This document shows, piece after piece, positions 25,100 to 27,953 of a stretch of 27,953 nt of DNA; positions within the stretch are counted from its first letter, which is position 1, and each line of letters begins with the position of its first letter. Position numbers and translations under genes: made by a program. The DNA is from a virus (taxonomy: Duplodnaviria; Caudoviricetes). Under the pieces are notes generated by a model. It did not search any database and was not told the origin of the DNA. It saw nothing but the letters and a program-made list of their open reading frames with translations. The stretch covers positions 1 through 27,953 of the IMG/VR virus record IMGVR_UViG_3300046007_003530; one strand, given 5' to 3'.

Positions 25100-25105
25100 T
25101 AAATA
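25100..25105 (+). promoter_or_regulatory. Late promoter (ATAAATA), leaderless
   Basis: TAAATA-TTTAC-ATG(25111), immediately after the terminator; no RBS. Confidence 0.7.
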
Positions 25106-25110
25106 TTTAC

Positions 25111-26862
25111 ATGCCAAATATATTTGATGGGTTTTTAAAACAAGTAGTAAGTGGAGATCAAATTAAAGATCGTCAACATGCTGCACGCCTATTTGTTGAT
25201 AACAACTTTAGATTAGCACCAAAATCAGATTGGATATTTCACGTTTTCTTTGATTTGGATCTATCATTGTCTAATATCAAAGATACAATGAAGTTGGTCG
25301 AACACGGAATGTTGGTCAAGGCAGTGGATTTACCAAAATTTAGTGTTCAAGCAAAAACCTTGAACGAATATAATAGACCCAACATAGTTCAGACAAAAAT
25401 AACTTACAATGACATCAATATTACATTTCATGATGATCAGGCCAATGTTGTTAGAGGTTTATGGTACGACTATCTGACTTATTATTACAGAGATCTTGAC
25501 ATTGGTTATTCCAGTTCATCTGGTGCCGTAAATCCTGTTCATTACGCTCCTTCATTGTACAACGACGCCCAAAGAGGTTTACTTAATAGATTTGGATATA
25601 GTCCGCGATCATATGATAGTCAAAATGAACAACAGTATATCAAATCTATTAGAATTTATAGTTTACATCAAAAAAGATTTAGTGAATATACACTTGTAAA
25701 TCCTACTATTGTGGGATTTCAACACGGAACACACAATACCGGTAGTGGCACAGGAATGGAATGTAGCATGTCTGTAAATTATGAAACTGTACTATATGCC
25801 AGTGGATTTGTAACAAAAAATACAGTAAGAGGATTTGCTGATCTTCATTACGATAAATCACCAAGTCCTCTCACGCCAGCCGGCGGGGGTACTAACAGTA
25901 TACTAGGACCAGGTGGTATATTAAACGCAGTTGATGATATTTTCAGAAACGGCAGCGATAGAAATTTTGGAGCAGCAGCATTTACAGCACTAAGAGCCTT
26001 TAATACTAACAAAGATGTTAATCTTTTAGGATTAGCTAAATCTGAATTAACCACTGCTGTCACAGACATGATCAGAGGTAAAGACCCCAGAGATAGATTT
26101 TTTATACCCACAGCTGGATCTTTAACCAATCAAAGCTTTCCAGGTTTACAAAACTCAACAGGGTTTCTTTCTATGGCACCAGGCATAGCCACAAGCAACG
26201 GATCTTCTGTAAATTTAGGTGCCATTGGCGGCGGAGTATTACCACTGGCTTCAGCAGCAGTAGGAGGGCTTGTTGGTGCTTCAGCAGGTGCATCCTCAAC
26301 AGTCCCGGCCGGGGCATTTATAAGCCCAACAACAGCACAAAATTTAGCACAAAATATCAAGGGAGTTGTTTCAGGAGCAGATGGCGCAATGACAGGTGGT
26401 TCCTTAAATCAAATTTACAATGTAAACAAACAAGGTGCTGTTACTGGTTCTCAATCACAACCTTCATTTGATTTTTTAGCATCAGCAGTAAAACAACAAC
26501 AAGAAACTTTAAGATCAGCAGTTCAATCATTGCCTACTAATAACACTATCAATTTAACAGGAATGAGACAAGGAATGAATTCTGCTATAACTGGTGCATC
26601 ATCACTAGGGACTGCGTTCTTAACAGGTTCTAATCAAGTGTTACCAGGAACTTCAAATAATCCTTTGTTACAGACACCGCATAAATCTACAATTATACCC
26701 GAGTCGGCCACTGTTGCTTCACGTGAAGTTAAAAACTTTATTAACAACACAAATTTGGCTACATTGTCAGAACTTCCTAGTTATAACGGTACATCAACTC
26801 CACCAGCACCAAGTTCTGTTAGCGGAGGTTTCCAAGGCGGTAATTTTGGAAGCGTAGGATAA
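25111..26862 (+). CDS. Tube-fold baseplate/tail-tube initiator (gp54/gp48-like) with long low-complexity C-terminal extension
   Basis: Start reassigned to ATG 25111 because 25057 lies upstream of the terminator. LVKAVDLPKF.V...LN.YNR..IVQTKI.Y..INITFHDD...Y.L.NP.I..F.H...SV.YETV tube-like motifs; the C-terminal half is G/S/T/A/N-rich. Confidence 0.7.
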   Translation: MPNIFDGFLKQVVSGDQIKDRQHAARLFVDNNFRLAPKSDWIFHVFFDLDLSLSNIKDTMKLVEHGMLVKAVDLPKFSVQAKTLNEYNRPNIVQTKITYNDINITFHDDQANVVRGLWYDYLTYYYRDLDIGYSSSSGAVNPVHYAPSLYNDAQRGLLNRFGYSPRSYDSQNEQQYIKSIRIYSLHQKRFSEYTLVNPTIVGFQHGTHNTGSGTGMECSMSVNYETVLYASGFVTKNTVRGFADLHYDKSPSPLTPAGGGTNSILGPGGILNAVDDIFRNGSDRNFGAAAFTALRAFNTNKDVNLLGLAKSELTTAVTDMIRGKDPRDRFFIPTAGSLTNQSFPGLQNSTGFLSMAPGIATSNGSSVNLGAIGGGVLPLASAAVGGLVGASAGASSTVPAGAFISPTTAQNLAQNIKGVVSGADGAMTGGSLNQIYNVNKQGAVTGSQSQPSFDFLASAVKQQQETLRSAVQSLPTNNTINLTGMRQGMNSAITGASSLGTAFLTGSNQVLPGTSNNPLLQTPHKSTIIPESATVASREVKNFINNTNLATLSELPSYNGTSTPPAPSSVSGGFQGGNFGSVG

Positions 26863-26866
26863 TAAT

Positions 26867-27049
26867 ATGATTTCAAACAGTTTACCTTTGACTACATCAT
26901 TGTTTGGTAATAGCAGTGGACAAAGCATAGAAACTTTGAATTCAATTGTGTACAATACCACTGACAATTTACTACAACAACAGGTTATTACAAAACTTAA
27001 TGTAGTTTTACCTAAGGTTCCTTCCAATCAAAGAGTGGCTAAAGAATAA
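26867..27049 (+). CDS. Small hypothetical protein (60 aa)
   Basis: AGGA upstream, fills the gap, TAATG overlap with the next gene. Confidence 0.5.
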   Translation: MISNSLPLTTSLFGNSSGQSIETLNSIVYNTTDNLLQQQVITKLNVVLPKVPSNQRVAKE

Positions 27050-27444
27050 TGTCTCAGTTAAATCCAATTAAACACCCTACTAACTTAGATCGCGTAAATT
27101 TAGATTATATTACGCTCAGAGACTTTCAAAATTATTTTAATAATTTTTTTGAAGTACCAATTGAAGTTTCGTCAAACATTGACGCAGCTATTGTAAGTTA
27201 TTTTGAAACTGTGGCTGATAATAAAGAATCGGCTAGAGCTTTGGCTAGTGCAGTAATCTATACAAGCATCAAGCAAGGAAGTAATCCTATGGATATACTT
27301 CGTGAATTTCAAAAGTTACCGCCGGGCACTTTAGACGAATATGTAGTTGCTATTTTGAACTTGGAACGTGTTGGAAGTTCTTATTTAGGTATAAGAGTGA
27401 ATCCAACTGTAAACAAGTATATTGCAAGAACAATTATATTCTAA
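27049..27444 (+). CDS. Hypothetical protein in the baseplate/head-completion cluster
   Basis: 131 aa, TAATG overlaps at both ends. Confidence 0.75.
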   Translation: MSQLNPIKHPTNLDRVNLDYITLRDFQNYFNNFFEVPIEVSSNIDAAIVSYFETVADNKESARALASAVIYTSIKQGSNPMDILREFQKLPPGTLDEYVVAILNLERVGSSYLGIRVNPTVNKYIARTIIF

Positions 27445-27881
27445 TGGCCAAATACGCTAACGGTTTTTATCAAATTTTAAATCCTGACAAATATGTAGGA
27501 AAGCGTGTTCCCCATTTTAGAAGTAGTTGGGAACATTCCTTTATGAGATTTTGTGATAATAACCCGGCGGTAATACAATGGGCCAGCGAAGCAATACACA
27601 TTCCTTATACCAATCCTTTTACCAATCGTAATACCATTTACGTCCCTGATTTTTTAATCATATATCAAAACAAAAACGGTGAACGTGTTGGCGAACTGAT
27701 TGAAATCAAACCCGGCAAACAAACTACACTAGAAGCAGCTGGAAAGAGCGTGAGAGATCAAGCTGCGGCAGTGCTTAACATGCACAAATGGGCTGCTGCC
27801 AACGCCTGGGCTAAAGAAAATGGTTTACGTTTTAGAGTAGTTACAGAATCAGATATGTTCCATCAAGGCCGCGCTCGGTAA
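27444..27881 (+). CDS. gp4: Head completion protein (T4 gp4-like, TnsA/PD-(D/E)xK fold)
   Basis: G.Y...NP.KY.G...RSSWE..FM.FCD.NP.V..W.SE...IPY...YVPDF...LIEIKP..QT...N..KW.AA..W....G..F.V.TE. Confidence 0.92.
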   Translation: MAKYANGFYQILNPDKYVGKRVPHFRSSWEHSFMRFCDNNPAVIQWASEAIHIPYTNPFTNRNTIYVPDFLIIYQNKNGERVGELIEIKPGKQTTLEAAGKSVRDQAAAVLNMHKWAAANAWAKENGLRFRVVTESDMFHQGRAR

Positions 27882-27884
27882 ATA
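27879..27884 (+). promoter_or_regulatory. Late promoter (GTAAATA), leaderless, inside a 5-bp hairpin
   Basis: GCTCG-GTAAATA-CGAGC-ATG; TAAATA overlaps the gp4 stop, 5 nt before ATG 27890. Confidence 0.6.
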
Positions 27885-27889
27885 CGAGC

Positions 27890-27952
27890 ATGACAAAAAA
27901 ATTAGCCGAACTTTTTGACCTACCAGATCTAGAATCTACTGCCGCAGTTGAC
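27890..27952 (+). CDS. 5' start of a further late gene (MTKKLAELFDLPDLESTAAVD...), partial; possibly small-terminase-like
   Basis: Open to the window end and preceded by TAAATA-N5; the product guess rests only on context. Confidence 0.55.
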   Translation, partial: MTKKLAELFDLPDLESTAAVD

Positions 27953-27953
27953 T

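Noticed and set aside
1087-25110. ORF-track starts at 1087, 3965, 19562, 20988 and 25057
   Set aside because: They overlap upstream genes, promoters or a terminator; in-frame ATGs at 1180, 4010, 19577, 20970 and 25111 fit paralog alignment and regulatory signals better.
21069-26862. Bacterial contractile injection system (eCIS/tailocin/T6SS) rather than a phage
   Set aside because: Neck gp13/gp14, gp15, gp4, dNMP kinase and T4-type late promoters indicate a head-bearing myophage.
887-27027. Many short antisense or alternate-frame ORFs (e.g. 3081-3395, 3747-4268, 17725-18195, 23300-23665)
   Set aside because: They lie inside well-supported genes, lack RBS or promoter signals, and have shadow-ORF compositions.
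27444-27881. TnsA-like nuclease as evidence of a Tn7-type transposon
   Set aside because: Motifs and context match T4 gp4 head completion protein; no tnsB/tnsC or transposon ends.
1-27953. Stop-codon reassignment, tRNAs, CRISPR array, introns or inteins
   Set aside because: Core genes are full length in the standard code, with TAA, TAG and TGA all used as stops; intergenic gaps are under ~100 nt with no cloverleaf or repeat-spacer pattern; no intein motifs recognised.

Overview
This window is the virion-morphogenesis region of a large, AT-rich T4-like myophage in standard genetic code; all annotations come from motif recognition, not database searches. Left half (1-13145): a tandem array of appendage/tail-fibre cassettes built from paralogous parts. 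Each runs 'MSFPxxPxxG' anchor protein -> ~110-118 aa adaptor -> variable tip protein (unknown beta domain, polyglycine or 5x LamG) -> optional small Trp/Pro-rich accessory protein, and a 1061-aa structural protein and a CstII/Maf-like glycosyltransferase-fold gene follow. Right half: an inverted gp14-gp15-Nudix operon, two sigma70-driven early genes, neck gp13, a probable internal head protein, dNMP kinase, a degenerate HNH/Zn protein, an enlarged sheath (gp18), tube (gp19), a gp54/gp48-like tube paralog, gp4 and the start of a further late gene. Regulatory signals are clear: three near-consensus sigma70 promoters, several (TA)TAAATA late promoters (three exactly 5 nt before an ATG, i.e. leaderless), and RBS-sequestering hairpins at both early/late boundaries. 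The most interesting candidate system is a modular appendage kit with matched peptide tags, whose N-terminal module also appears in the neck, tail-terminator and sheath proteins.
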